Source: an uncultured virus (IMG/VR IMGVR_UViG_3300020183_000017) (lineage: Duplodnaviria; Heunggongvirae; Uroviricota; Caudoviricetes). Taken from it: a stretch of DNA of 64,000 nt. The position numbers and the translations under genes were made by a program. The notes beneath the pieces were generated by a model that saw only the letters and a program-made list of their open reading frames with translations, was not told the DNA's origin and did no database searches. This document shows positions 25,278 through 35,451 of the stretch, piece after piece. The stretch lies in the IMG/VR virus record IMGVR_UViG_3300020183_000017. One strand, given 5' to 3'. Every line of letters begins with the position of its first letter. Positions within the stretch are counted from its first letter, which is position 1.

Positions 25278-27854
25278 ATGAAATTATTTACAGGTGTAGT
25301 TGAAAATAGAATGGATCCTTTGAAACTCGGACGTTGTAAAGTTCGAGTTGTTGGTATTCATACTGAACAAAAAGCAATCCTTCCTACTGAAGATCTTCCA
25401 TGGGCAATGCCTATGCAGCATTTAAACTCTGCTGCTATTTCTGGAATTGGTCACTCTCCAGTTGGACCAGTCGAGGGAACATGGGTTGTTATTGCGTTTC
25501 AAGATGAAGATACTCAATTTCCTATTATCCTTGGAACTCTTGGTGGCATCCCACAAAAAGAAGGTGCGATTGAGGAGGATGAGGGAACATTAAGTCTTTC
25601 TGATCCAGCAGCTGATGACGAAGATACTGGAACAAATACAATTAAGCATGATAAGAATGGCGATGCATCTAGAGAAGGTGTTGTTCAAACACCTGCACCA
25701 AAACCAAAACCAGAAGTAAAAGATCAAGTTGTCAGCGGCAATACACATGGTAACGCAAAACCAGCAGGTCAATACACAACTATTTCTTCTACTGGCTTAG
25801 AGTTAATTAAAGCAGGTGAAGGACTCGCTAAGAAAATTGGTGGTGATAAAGTTCAGGCATATCCAGATCCCGCAACAGGAGCAGCACCATGGACTATCGG
25901 TTATGGGACAACTAGAATTAATGGTAGACCCGTAGAACCTGGACAAATTATTACATTTAAGCAAGCTGAGGAAATCTTTTTACAGCAAACAAAGAAAGAT
26001 TATTTACCTGGAGTTACATCAGCAATAAGAGGTATGGTAACACAAAGTATGATTGATGCTTGTGTATCATTTGCTTATAACGTCGGAGTTGGTAGATTTA
26101 GAAAGTCTTCAGTTTGTTCTAATATAAACAGAGGTGACTATCAAGCAGCTGCTAACTCATTTATGCTTTATAATAAAGCAGCAGGAAAAGTTTTACCTGG
26201 ACTTACAAAAAGAAGAGAAGAAGAATCTCGTTTATTTTTAAAAGATGGTATCCCAGGTAAGGGTAAAGAAGTTACCCCAAACGATGAAACTGTTGCAGAA
26301 GAAGCAAAGAAAAACGGACAACCTGGACCAACAGCTCCAGTTGGTGAGGGTAATTCTACTGGCACTTCTGATAATGGTGCGTCGACTGAATTTGGTTTTA
26401 GAGATCCAAATAAAAAGTATCCTTTATACATAAACGAACCAGACACTAATCGTTTGGCTCGTCACGAGTTTATTGAAAAGACAGTTGTATTTACAAAAGA
26501 ATCACAAAGATTAAAGGATATTGAAACTGCTAGAGGTAAGAAATGGGATCAATCTAAAGTTCCATATAACTCTGACTACCCATTTAATAAAGTAGTAGAA
26601 ACAGAATCTGGACATGTTCTTGAGTTTGATGATACTCCAAAAGCGGAGCGTATTCATTTATATCATAAAACAGGAACATTTACTGAGATTGACCACAACG
26701 GAACTAGAGTCAATAGAATTATTGGTGATGGATATGAGATCTATGAGCGTAACGGATATGTCTATCTTGGCGGCTCCCTTAACATAACTGTTAATGGTGA
26801 ATCTAATATTCTTGTAGACAATGCGATGAACCTTGATGTCAAAGGTGCGACAAATATCCGAGTTTTTAATGATGCCAATATTTCAGTTGGTGGAAATGCA
26901 AAATTAAATGTGGCAGAAAACTTTGATGTTAAAGCCAGCAACATTAATCTAGAAGCAAGTTCAGCTTTTAACATTAAAGCTGGTAGTGGTATGAATATTT
27001 CTTCTGGCTCAAGTATGAACATCAAATCTGGTTCAACTATGAACGTAGATTACTCACGTGGTAACTTTGGTCAGGGTGCTTCGAGCGCCAGCGGTGCTTC
27101 TGCTGGTGAATCTATTGGAAGAGATCCACAAGAGATGCCAGAGTTTGGAGAACTAACAGTAAACTCAAGACAAGATAGAGCAGCTGTTATGTATGAAACT
27201 GAAGATAATACACCAGAGGAAAGAGAAGCATTTATCGCTTCGCAAATAGCCAAAGGCGCAATCGATCCAAGTGAGCAAAATCCTAATGCGAAACCAGAAG
27301 CTGAAGAAAAGGTTCCAGAAAATAAAGTTCAACCAAAAGGCGCAAACTGCAATGCGATTTATGGAATGAAGTCATATCCATCTACTATGAAACTTTCTCC
27401 TAATTTTACAGTAGCAGATCTAACTAAAAATGGAACTAGACCTATTGCTGATACAAATGGTGTTCCAGCCCAAGAGATTGCTTGTAACCTTAAAGGATTG
27501 TGCGAGAACGTCCTTGAGGTTGTTAGGAAAACATACCCAGGAATTATTATTACCAGCGGATTCCGCAGACCTGGAGATATTAGTGTTGGGGCTTTAGAAA
27601 AGTCTCAACACACTAGAGGTCAAGCTGTTGACTTTGTTATTTCTGGATATAGCAGAAAACAACATTATGAGGCAGCTCTTAAACTTGCAACTTTAGTTCC
27701 GTATGATCAGATGATACTTGAATATGATGGGAAGAAAACAGTTTGGATTCACATCTCAACTATGTATACTGGTAATAGAAAACAATCATTTACGATGAAT
27801 CACCACAGGCGTGTTAGTGATTTTGGTAAGTTTGTTTATATTCCTGAAGGTTAA
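25278..27854 (+). CDS. 5: baseplate central spike gp5 with GH24 lysozyme and a C-terminal M15 peptidase
   Basis: GVVENRMDPLKLGRCKVR OB-fold; EG...YPD...WTIGYG lysozyme; ETESGH.EFDDTP; beta-helix repeats; TSGFR/SQH..GQAVD/WIH. Confidence 0.92.
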   Translation: MKLFTGVVENRMDPLKLGRCKVRVVGIHTEQKAILPTEDLPWAMPMQHLNSAAISGIGHSPVGPVEGTWVVIAFQDEDTQFPIILGTLGGIPQKEGAIEEDEGTLSLSDPAADDEDTGTNTIKHDKNGDASREGVVQTPAPKPKPEVKDQVVSGNTHGNAKPAGQYTTISSTGLELIKAGEGLAKKIGGDKVQAYPDPATGAAPWTIGYGTTRINGRPVEPGQIITFKQAEEIFLQQTKKDYLPGVTSAIRGMVTQSMIDACVSFAYNVGVGRFRKSSVCSNINRGDYQAAANSFMLYNKAAGKVLPGLTKRREEESRLFLKDGIPGKGKEVTPNDETVAEEAKKNGQPGPTAPVGEGNSTGTSDNGASTEFGFRDPNKKYPLYINEPDTNRLARHEFIEKTVVFTKESQRLKDIETARGKKWDQSKVPYNSDYPFNKVVETESGHVLEFDDTPKAERIHLYHKTGTFTEIDHNGTRVNRIIGDGYEIYERNGYVYLGGSLNITVNGESNILVDNAMNLDVKGATNIRVFNDANISVGGNAKLNVAENFDVKASNINLEASSAFNIKAGSGMNISSGSSMNIKSGSTMNVDYSRGNFGQGASSASGASAGESIGRDPQEMPEFGELTVNSRQDRAAVMYETEDNTPEEREAFIASQIAKGAIDPSEQNPNAKPEAEEKVPENKVQPKGANCNAIYGMKSYPSTMKLSPNFTVADLTKNGTRPIADTNGVPAQEIACNLKGLCENVLEVVRKTYPGIIITSGFRRPGDISVGALEKSQHTRGQAVDFVISGYSRKQHYEAALKLATLVPYDQMILEYDGKKTVWIHISTMYTGNRKQSFTMNHHRRVSDFGKFVYIPEG

Positions 27855-27856
27855 TC

Positions 27857-28642
27857 ATGGGAATTAGAGCAATAGTAACTTATACAAATTATCCTCAGGG
27901 CAACCCAGAGTATGCTGGTGCTGGATTGTTTTTTGGTGGAACTGCTACAACCTCTACTCGGTTTCCACCAGTATATGAAATCTTAGATGAAAATTGGCAA
28001 ATTCAGATTGAATTTATGGCAACTTCATTTGGATTAGACGAAGAAGTTGATCAGCCATCTGTTAAAACTACAGTGTTAAGTGTAGCATCAGACTTAGTTG
28101 ATGTTGGTAATGTTCAGTTTACAATTGACAATATTCCAACTCAAGCCAAAGTGACAATTAAAGGAACTTACACTAAAGTTTTTGACCAGAGAAGATATGA
28201 TATTAGGATGCTAGATGAATCGTTATTAGAAGATGCTGATATTGATAAAATAGGAGATAAGTACTACGCTCCATATAACTATATTCCTGATCTTAGAGTT
28301 TGGTTAGAAAATGGGTTTACTATCAAGGTTGAGGTTCCACCTGGACAGGCTCAAGGTTCTGGGTTTCTTGCATTAGATGGTAACTTTACCTTTTATAGAC
28401 AGCATACAGTTTTGAACAACTGGGAAGCAAACAGAAGAAGATTATTACAGATTAGAGATAATCTTAACAGGGGCGAGCAGATAGAACGTAATGCTTATAA
28501 TGTCTTAGCGAATAGCCCAAATGAAATTTATGATGATCCAACAGTTCCGTCACCAAATGCAACTGTTGGGAATAGAACATATGCAGTTCCTGCTGCTCCA
28601 ATAACAACAGTAACAGAATCTAACCCAAACGTAGCGAATTAA
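27857..28642 (+). CDS. hypothetical structural protein
   Basis: 261 aa between gp5 and the PAAR gene. Confidence 0.7.
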   Translation: MGIRAIVTYTNYPQGNPEYAGAGLFFGGTATTSTRFPPVYEILDENWQIQIEFMATSFGLDEEVDQPSVKTTVLSVASDLVDVGNVQFTIDNIPTQAKVTIKGTYTKVFDQRRYDIRMLDESLLEDADIDKIGDKYYAPYNYIPDLRVWLENGFTIKVEVPPGQAQGSGFLALDGNFTFYRQHTVLNNWEANRRRLLQIRDNLNRGEQIERNAYNVLANSPNEIYDDPTVPSPNATVGNRTYAVPAAPITTVTESNPNVAN

Positions 28643-28651
28643 GGAGAAACC

Positions 28652-28948
28652 ATGGCAGCAGTTGCAATCGCAGGAGGACGTTCTACTGGGCATGGGTGTT
28701 TCCCACCTAGACCAGATATTGGACCTTATGCTACTAAAACATTTGTGAATGGAAGACCAGTTCAACTTACTGGTAGAACTGGTTATGGACCGATCCACAA
28801 CTGCGGTAAAAAGGTTCATGCCATGGGTAAAGTTGTTAGTGGATCCAGTAAAACTAGAATTGAAGGCGCTCCAGCAGCCAGAATAGGCGATAGAATTGCT
28901 TGTGGAGACACTGTAGCCAAAGGTTCTTCTAATACTTTTATTGCATAA
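28652..28948 (+). CDS. PAAR spike-tip protein (gp5.4-like)
   Basis: GHGCFPP, H.C...H and GAPAARIGD motifs. Confidence 0.92.
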   Translation: MAAVAIAGGRSTGHGCFPPRPDIGPYATKTFVNGRPVQLTGRTGYGPIHNCGKKVHAMGKVVSGSSKTRIEGAPAARIGDRIACGDTVAKGSSNTFIA

Positions 28949-28949
28949 T

Positions 28950-28957
28950 ACTAAATA
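28950..28957 (+). promoter_or_regulatory. late promoter variant
   Basis: ACTAAATA just before gp25. Confidence 0.5.
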
Positions 28958-28962
28958 AAGAT

Positions 28963-29352
28963 ATGGCAGCCACAAGAATTTTTGCAGACTTAGACTTAAA
29001 CTTTACCGCTCATCCTGTCTCCAAAGATATTGCTAGGAGATACAATGAGAATGCAGTAAAGGCAGCTTTAAAGAATCTGCTCCTAACATCCTACTATGAA
29101 AGACCATTTCATAGTGAAATTGGCGCACCTATAAGACAGTTATTATTTGAACTCCCTGGACCTATGAACAGGGAAATGATTAAACGTGCTGTTCAAGACA
29201 CCGTAGCGAACTACGAACCACGTGTTCAGCTTCTTAATATAGAAGTAAAATACGATTTAGACAACAATAATGTTGATATTCTACTTGAGTTTAGGGTGCT
29301 AAACTCTCCTAATATTACAACTTTAGAGTTAACATTAGAAAGAACGAGATAA
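28963..29352 (+). CDS. 25: baseplate wedge gp25
   Basis: DLDLNF, ERPF...G, YEPRV and LERTR motifs. Confidence 0.92.
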   Translation: MAATRIFADLDLNFTAHPVSKDIARRYNENAVKAALKNLLLTSYYERPFHSEIGAPIRQLLFELPGPMNREMIKRAVQDTVANYEPRVQLLNIEVKYDLDNNNVDILLEFRVLNSPNITTLELTLERTR

Positions 29353-29355
29353 CAA

Positions 29356-31212
29356 ATGGCTGTTGAAAACAGAAGAATTAAGGTCAGCGAACTAGACTTT
29401 GATGCTATTAAGAACAACCTAAAGAACTTTTTAAGAGCGCAAAACGAGTTTACGGATTATGATTTTGAGGGTTCTGGTATGAATATCCTTTTGGATGTTC
29501 TTGCTTATAACACTCACTATAATGCTCTGTATACTAACTTAGCAATTAATGAGATGTTCTTAGATTCTGCAGCTAAAAGATCAAGTCTTGCCTCCATTTC
29601 AAATTTATTAGGATATGTGCCTACAGGTAGAACTTCAGCTAGAGCTATCGTTAATGTGACAGTTTCAAATGTAATTGGCAATCCACCTTCTATTTCTCTA
29701 CCAGCATTTCAACCCTTTTCAGCTTCTAATTCTGAAACAGCTGGCGCTGCAACATCTGATGATTTAATTTTCTACAACAGAGCAGCGCATGTTGCTTTAA
29801 GAAACACAACAGGAAATTATGTTTTTACTGGTGTTGAAATAACACAAGGTCGCCCTCAAACATTTAAGTATATTGTTCAAGAGAATCAAAGATATATTGT
29901 AAACAATGCTAATGCTGATCTAAGTACGTTATCTGTTAAAGTTCAAGCCAGCGCTTCTGACACTAATTCTGTTGTTTTTACGAAAAACGAATCGATTGTT
30001 AATAACACAAGATTCTCAAAAATATATTATCTTAGAGAAATTGAAAATGGTTTATATGAAGTTACGTTTGGAGATGGTATTGTTTCTGCTGAACTTGTTC
30101 CAGGAAATATTGTTGTTCTTGAGTATTTTGTTAGCGAAGGCGAGACAGCCAATGGCGCTAGAATATTCTCTTATGGTGGACAAAATTTATCTGGTGGTTT
30201 AGTTACTACTCAAACAACTTCTATTTCAGGTGGTGGCTCTGAAGCTGAGAGCAACGATAGTATTAGATATAATGCTCCTAAATTTTTCGCAGCTCAAAAT
30301 AGAACAGTAACATCAGAAGATTATAAGATTATTCTTCCTAGATTATATCCTAACATTGACACTCTATCTGTTTGGGGTGGTGAGGAAAACGATCCACCTG
30401 TTTTCGGTAAAGTTTTTATTTGTGTTAAACCTAAAACTGGTACTGTTCTCTCAACAGCAGCGAAGCAGTTTATTATTGAAGAAGTCTTAAGTGATAGAAA
30501 CGTAGTATCTATTATTCCAACACTTGTTGACCCAACATATTTAAAACTTGTTCTGGATATAGCTTTCTACTACAACCCAGTAAAAGCTCCTGTCGCTGAA
30601 GAAACACTAAAGGGTTTTGTTAAACAAACCATCACAAAATACAACAAAACCCTTGTTAAATTTGATACAGTATTTAGAATGTCGCAACTACAAAACCTCA
30701 TCGACAATACTGATGAATCTATTCTTAGTAGTGTTGTTAAACTTAAAATAACAAGAGATATTACTCCTAATTTTGGTTTTGAATCTTCTTACAACATTAA
30801 CCTATATAATCCGATTTATAACGAACCAGGAAACACAGTTGGAAGTAATGTGACTTCTTCTACGTTTACTATCTCAGGAAATACAAATCCATTCTTCTTA
30901 GATGATGACACTCAAGGTAATATCAGATTATTTTATCTCTCTCAAGAAGGAAGCAAAGTTTACACCAATAATACTGCTGGAACAGTTGATTATCAGACTG
31001 GTAAAATTATAATTAACAGTATTAATATTGCTTCAGCACCAAATAATATTGTTACGTTTACAGTAGAACCATCATCATATGATGTCGTTTCAGTTAGAGA
31101 TCAGCTAATAACAATATCAGAAGATACAGTTTTAATTAGAGCAATTCCAGATAAAGTTGCTTCTGGCGAATTCGTCAGCGGAAGCAATTACGTCTTCACA
31201 CCTAACAGATAA
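29356..31212 (+). CDS. 6: baseplate wedge gp6
   Basis: ELDFDAIK, DYDFEGS, LAYNTHY, QNRTVT..DY and WGGE motifs. Confidence 0.95.
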   Translation: MAVENRRIKVSELDFDAIKNNLKNFLRAQNEFTDYDFEGSGMNILLDVLAYNTHYNALYTNLAINEMFLDSAAKRSSLASISNLLGYVPTGRTSARAIVNVTVSNVIGNPPSISLPAFQPFSASNSETAGAATSDDLIFYNRAAHVALRNTTGNYVFTGVEITQGRPQTFKYIVQENQRYIVNNANADLSTLSVKVQASASDTNSVVFTKNESIVNNTRFSKIYYLREIENGLYEVTFGDGIVSAELVPGNIVVLEYFVSEGETANGARIFSYGGQNLSGGLVTTQTTSISGGGSEAESNDSIRYNAPKFFAAQNRTVTSEDYKIILPRLYPNIDTLSVWGGEENDPPVFGKVFICVKPKTGTVLSTAAKQFIIEEVLSDRNVVSIIPTLVDPTYLKLVLDIAFYYNPVKAPVAEETLKGFVKQTITKYNKTLVKFDTVFRMSQLQNLIDNTDESILSSVVKLKITRDITPNFGFESSYNINLYNPIYNEPGNTVGSNVTSSTFTISGNTNPFFLDDDTQGNIRLFYLSQEGSKVYTNNTAGTVDYQTGKIIINSINIASAPNNIVTFTVEPSSYDVVSVRDQLITISEDTVLIRAIPDKVASGEFVSGSNYVFTPNR

Positions 31213-31214
31213 AA

Positions 31215-34200
31215 ATGGCAAAAGTTAAGTTAAAGACATCTGCTGTTGTAGACAGACAGGTTCCTGAATTTGTTAGGGACGATCACCAAAAATTTATTAA
31301 GTTTTTGGAAGCATACTATGAGTGGCTTGAGCAGAACTATAAAACAAGAGAATTAGAAAATCTTGCAGACATTGATTCTACATTGGATGAATATGTAGAG
31401 TATTTTGCTGATCAATTTATTACAAGTCTTCCAAGATCAATGATTGTTGACAGAAGATTAATCGTCAAACACGCCAAAGAAATCTATCTAGCCAAAGGAA
31501 CTCCAAAATCATACGATTTGTTGTTCCGTTTAATGTTTAATGAAGAACCGCAAGAAATTTACTATCCTAAGCGTGATATGCTTAGAGTTTCTGATGGTAA
31601 ATGGAGCCAGAAATATATCCTACGTGGGATAGATTTAGTAGGAGATTCTTTTGAACTTATAGGTGAGACAATAGTACAAGATCCTATTAGTGTATTTGAT
31701 GAACCAGCATCAGCTAGAGTAGAAGCTGTTGTAAAGTACAATATAGATCAACAGCTAATAACTGAAATTACACTGAACGCTAATAGTATAATTGGAGTAT
31801 TTGAGCCAAATCAACCAATCAAAGGTGTAAGCAATAGAATTGGAACAGACATTAGAGTTAATCTAATATCTTACATTAATGATGTAAGCATTTTTTCTGA
31901 AGGAAAATACAATATTACTGGCGATAGTATCACTATTGCTGAGGGCGATGGTACTGATGCCCGAGTAGAGATTAATACAGTAAAAACAGGTGGAATAGAC
32001 AAAGTTATAGTTGTAGATGGTGGTGAGAATCACTATGTTGGTCAGCCAGTTTTATTTGATAATACAGATGCTGGGTTTGCATCAACAAATAGAGTTGAAG
32101 GTGCTGTCGCTAAGATCTCAGAAGTTTATCTTGGATCTTTTCTATTAGAGTCTGCTGAAAGATTTAGACCAAATTATTCGTATAATGCTGGTGAAAGAAT
32201 AATATACAAACAACATGAATATGAGGTTACTGTTTCTGGAACTACAAGCAATGTAGCACCAACTCACGTTTTTGGTTCCGCAGTAAATGGAGGGACTACT
32301 TTAAAGCACGTTGGTCGTGCTGGTGGAAAACTTCTAGATGAAAACAGCGATGAGATCTCACTAGAGAGAACAAGATATTATAAGATTGATGCTTATGGTA
32401 ATTATGATTCTTCTATTTCTACTCCAGTTTTAAATGATGGCTTTGGACCTGTTAAGGCTGTAAGAATACTAAGTCCAGGATCTTCATATAATAAGTTACC
32501 GAAAGTTGGCATTTCTACTGATTTAATTTCTGAAATTAAAACAACAGCTAATTCCAATGTCATAACTGTAAAAACCAGTCTAATTCATGAGTTGATTGTC
32601 GGGCAGCAAGTAACTATAAGCGGATCGTTTAATAGAGAAGTTGATGGCACTTGGACAGTAAATACAATTCCTGATTCGTTTACTTTTACATTTAGAGCAA
32701 ATCAAATATACCAAGCTACTGCAAGCATAGCAGATAAGGTGTTAGTGCAGGTTATGTATGCTGATCGTTCAGCTAATCCTAACAGTATTAGAACTTATAG
32801 TAACGCTAAACTCTTACCTGTTTCCAATCAAGTTGGTGCCATTTCTGGATTAGTTCTTCCAAATTTTGGTTATAATTATAACACAGCTAGATTAACTGCT
32901 CCAGCATATCTACAAGTTGATAAGAGAAATGGATCTTTCATAACGAATGAAGAGATTGAACTTCTACCTCAATCTATATGTTTAGAAAAAGGTGAAAACG
33001 AATTTCTTCTAGAGTCTGGAGATAAATTTTTAGTAGAGTCGCAACAAAATCCTAAGGGATTTGTAGTTTCATTCGATAGTAATAATTCATTATTAAAATT
33101 AGATCCAGCATCAAATAGAACTGGTTTTTTACTTGAAGATGGATTATCTTCTTTATTTACAGAAAACTCAACTATTTTTGTTCATGAAAATTCTGCTCTA
33201 TTTACTACTAGAGGACTAATTCGTGGTAAAACTAGTGGAACAGTAGCCAGAATTTTAGACGTAGCTGTTGCTGGCGTTAAAGCGAATCTTGGAGCTATTG
33301 GATTAACAACTGGCGAATTTACTAACTCTGATGGTAAAATTTCTGATGGCGCAAAACGAATTCAGGATAGTTTCTACTATCAAGATTATTCTTACGTTGT
33401 AAGAATTGGCCAATCAGTAAACAAGTATCGAGATGCTGTTAAGAAACTATTACATCCAGTTGGTCTTGCTTTATTCGGTGAAGTCAATCTAATCAATTTA
33501 ATATCTGCTACTCTTAGAGTTATGCGTAATGCATCAATTCTAACAGCTAAACTTGAATTAGATCTGCTAAGAGTTAAGATACTCGCTGCTGGTAATTGGC
33601 AGCAAGAAACAAGCAGAATATTGGTGGACAACAGTGGTAGATATCCAACTCTCGGATTAGAAGGTGGGTTTAGAGATACATTTATTACTGAAAATGGATT
33701 CCCATTAGTTTTCGAAAATGGTAATACAATTATTTCTGAAAGAACAGCACCTGATGGCGATTCGATACTGTTGGAAACTGGAGTAAAAATACTGAGCGAA
33801 GAATACGAATCAACATTCTTCCCAGAACATTTATTACAAGAATATGATCAATTCTTTAGACTTGAGACAGATAACACCCACACCAAGTCTAGAAATCCAG
33901 ATGTTAGAAAAGAAATGTGGACTCTTTTCTATGAGGATTTCGTACCATCATATAGTGATTTTGACACATTAAAACTTGAAATTGCCAGAATTGACGGCGA
34001 CGGAGTCGTCGAGGATGAGGGTAATGATCTTCTACTTGAAGACGGTGGAAGAATTTTAAAACAGATTCAGTTATCTAAACCAGCACCAAGCATGCGCATC
34101 TTACAATCTGAGATGCTGCCTCCAGTTATTATAGAACAAACTCCTTTAAATGTTGTTCACTTATTGGAGATGTCTCCTCAGGTTCTAAAAGAACTTTTGT

Positions 34201-35423
34201 TTGGAATTAAAACTAAGATTTCCGTAAACTTAATCACTGGGTTCTTCCGTCTTGAGAACGGTGATATTATGTTAATGGAAGATGGAAGTAAACTTGCGAC
34301 AACAAGTAAATATCCAGTAATTCCTGGTAATCAATCGGAAAACAATCTATATGTTGAGTGTGTTCCACCTAACACAGAGTTAGATAATATGCTTCTTGAA
34401 GACGGATACTTTATGTTGACTGAAGATCCTTTTCCACCAGCAACAACTTTTGTTGCTACGATTAATGCCGCTGCTCAAGGTTCATTAATAATAACAGGAA
34501 ACGCACCTAAAATTTCTCTAAACAACGAACCAATAACTGGTATGAAGGTTTTTGAAGGTTTTGCGCTTCCGTTTACAATAAGAGCTAATTTTGGCGAAGG
34601 CACAATTGAAGAGGTTGATTACAGGCAAGATATTGTTCCATTTACAATTAGATTGACTCAACCATTACAACAGGATATTACTCAGAACACACCTTTGGTT
34701 AGTTTAGTGTTTAAGATACAGTCTAATAAGTTTAAGAAAGATGATAACGAACAGTATATTTACAGAGCAAACTTTAATGTAGTTGATGTTCCTTATAGAA
34801 ACATTAGTTCTTTGGGTAAATCAACTATTCAATCAAGAGCTTCGTTTAGACAAGTCGGCTCTGCGATTTCATTCCTAGAGCAGAGAAAATTTAATTTCCC
34901 ACCATACACTTATGGATCCAAGGGTTCTTTACAGGTTGTCCCTGGAGACATATATGTTGGCGTAGCTTGGCAAGCAACAACAGCGGTTCTAACAAAACAA
35001 GTTGTTAATGTTGGTGGAAGAGCATATGAGGTTACAAGCGCAGGAACAACAAGCAGTTCTGCACCAACTCACACATCAGGAACAGAATTTAATGGATCGG
35101 CACTGTTGTATTACATTGGACCAACTAAACCAGATAGGACATATCTACCAGCAACTGCCGATGGTGGATTAACTGGTGGTTGGTATCAAAATTATCCAAA
35201 TCCAAACAGGGATTACTGGAATAGTGAGTATGTTGAAATGGAGGATGGAGATCGTCTACTCCAAGAGAGTGGCGACGAGTATATACTAGAGGCTTTACAG
35301 AATACTGGTGATACACAAATTAAAGATTTCGCCAAAGTTACTGTATACGACCTTATAAATAGAAAACATAAGAGATCTAACTTTGCAGTCGGGGCATATG
35401 TTGAAATATACAAGACTGCATAA
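31215..35423 (+). CDS. 7: baseplate wedge gp7-like protein with repeat insertions
   Basis: QVPEFV, KGTPKS, SDGKW, IQDSFYYQDYSY and LLHPVG motifs; lies between gp6 and gp8. Confidence 0.8.
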   Translation: MAKVKLKTSAVVDRQVPEFVRDDHQKFIKFLEAYYEWLEQNYKTRELENLADIDSTLDEYVEYFADQFITSLPRSMIVDRRLIVKHAKEIYLAKGTPKSYDLLFRLMFNEEPQEIYYPKRDMLRVSDGKWSQKYILRGIDLVGDSFELIGETIVQDPISVFDEPASARVEAVVKYNIDQQLITEITLNANSIIGVFEPNQPIKGVSNRIGTDIRVNLISYINDVSIFSEGKYNITGDSITIAEGDGTDARVEINTVKTGGIDKVIVVDGGENHYVGQPVLFDNTDAGFASTNRVEGAVAKISEVYLGSFLLESAERFRPNYSYNAGERIIYKQHEYEVTVSGTTSNVAPTHVFGSAVNGGTTLKHVGRAGGKLLDENSDEISLERTRYYKIDAYGNYDSSISTPVLNDGFGPVKAVRILSPGSSYNKLPKVGISTDLISEIKTTANSNVITVKTSLIHELIVGQQVTISGSFNREVDGTWTVNTIPDSFTFTFRANQIYQATASIADKVLVQVMYADRSANPNSIRTYSNAKLLPVSNQVGAISGLVLPNFGYNYNTARLTAPAYLQVDKRNGSFITNEEIELLPQSICLEKGENEFLLESGDKFLVESQQNPKGFVVSFDSNNSLLKLDPASNRTGFLLEDGLSSLFTENSTIFVHENSALFTTRGLIRGKTSGTVARILDVAVAGVKANLGAIGLTTGEFTNSDGKISDGAKRIQDSFYYQDYSYVVRIGQSVNKYRDAVKKLLHPVGLALFGEVNLINLISATLRVMRNASILTAKLELDLLRVKILAAGNWQQETSRILVDNSGRYPTLGLEGGFRDTFITENGFPLVFENGNTIISERTAPDGDSILLETGVKILSEEYESTFFPEHLLQEYDQFFRLETDNTHTKSRNPDVRKEMWTLFYEDFVPSYSDFDTLKLEIARIDGDGVVEDEGNDLLLEDGGRILKQIQLSKPAPSMRILQSEMLPPVIIEQTPLNVVHLLEMSPQVLKELLFGIKTKISVNLITGFFRLENGDIMLMEDGSKLATTSKYPVIPGNQSENNLYVECVPPNTELDNMLLEDGYFMLTEDPFPPATTFVATINAAAQGSLIITGNAPKISLNNEPITGMKVFEGFALPFTIRANFGEGTIEEVDYRQDIVPFTIRLTQPLQQDITQNTPLVSLVFKIQSNKFKKDDNEQYIYRANFNVVDVPYRNISSLGKSTIQSRASFRQVGSAISFLEQRKFNFPPYTYGSKGSLQVVPGDIYVGVAWQATTAVLTKQVVNVGGRAYEVTSAGTTSSSAPTHTSGTEFNGSALLYYIGPTKPDRTYLPATADGGLTGGWYQNYPNPNRDYWNSEYVEMEDGDRLLQESGDEYILEALQNTGDTQIKDFAKVTVYDLINRKHKRSNFAVGAYVEIYKTA
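35354..35361 (+). promoter_or_regulatory. canonical T4 late promoter
   Basis: TATAAATA about 90 nt upstream of gp8. Confidence 0.7.
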
Positions 35424-35451
35424 ATCTAACGCACACAATAGGAGAATCTAA

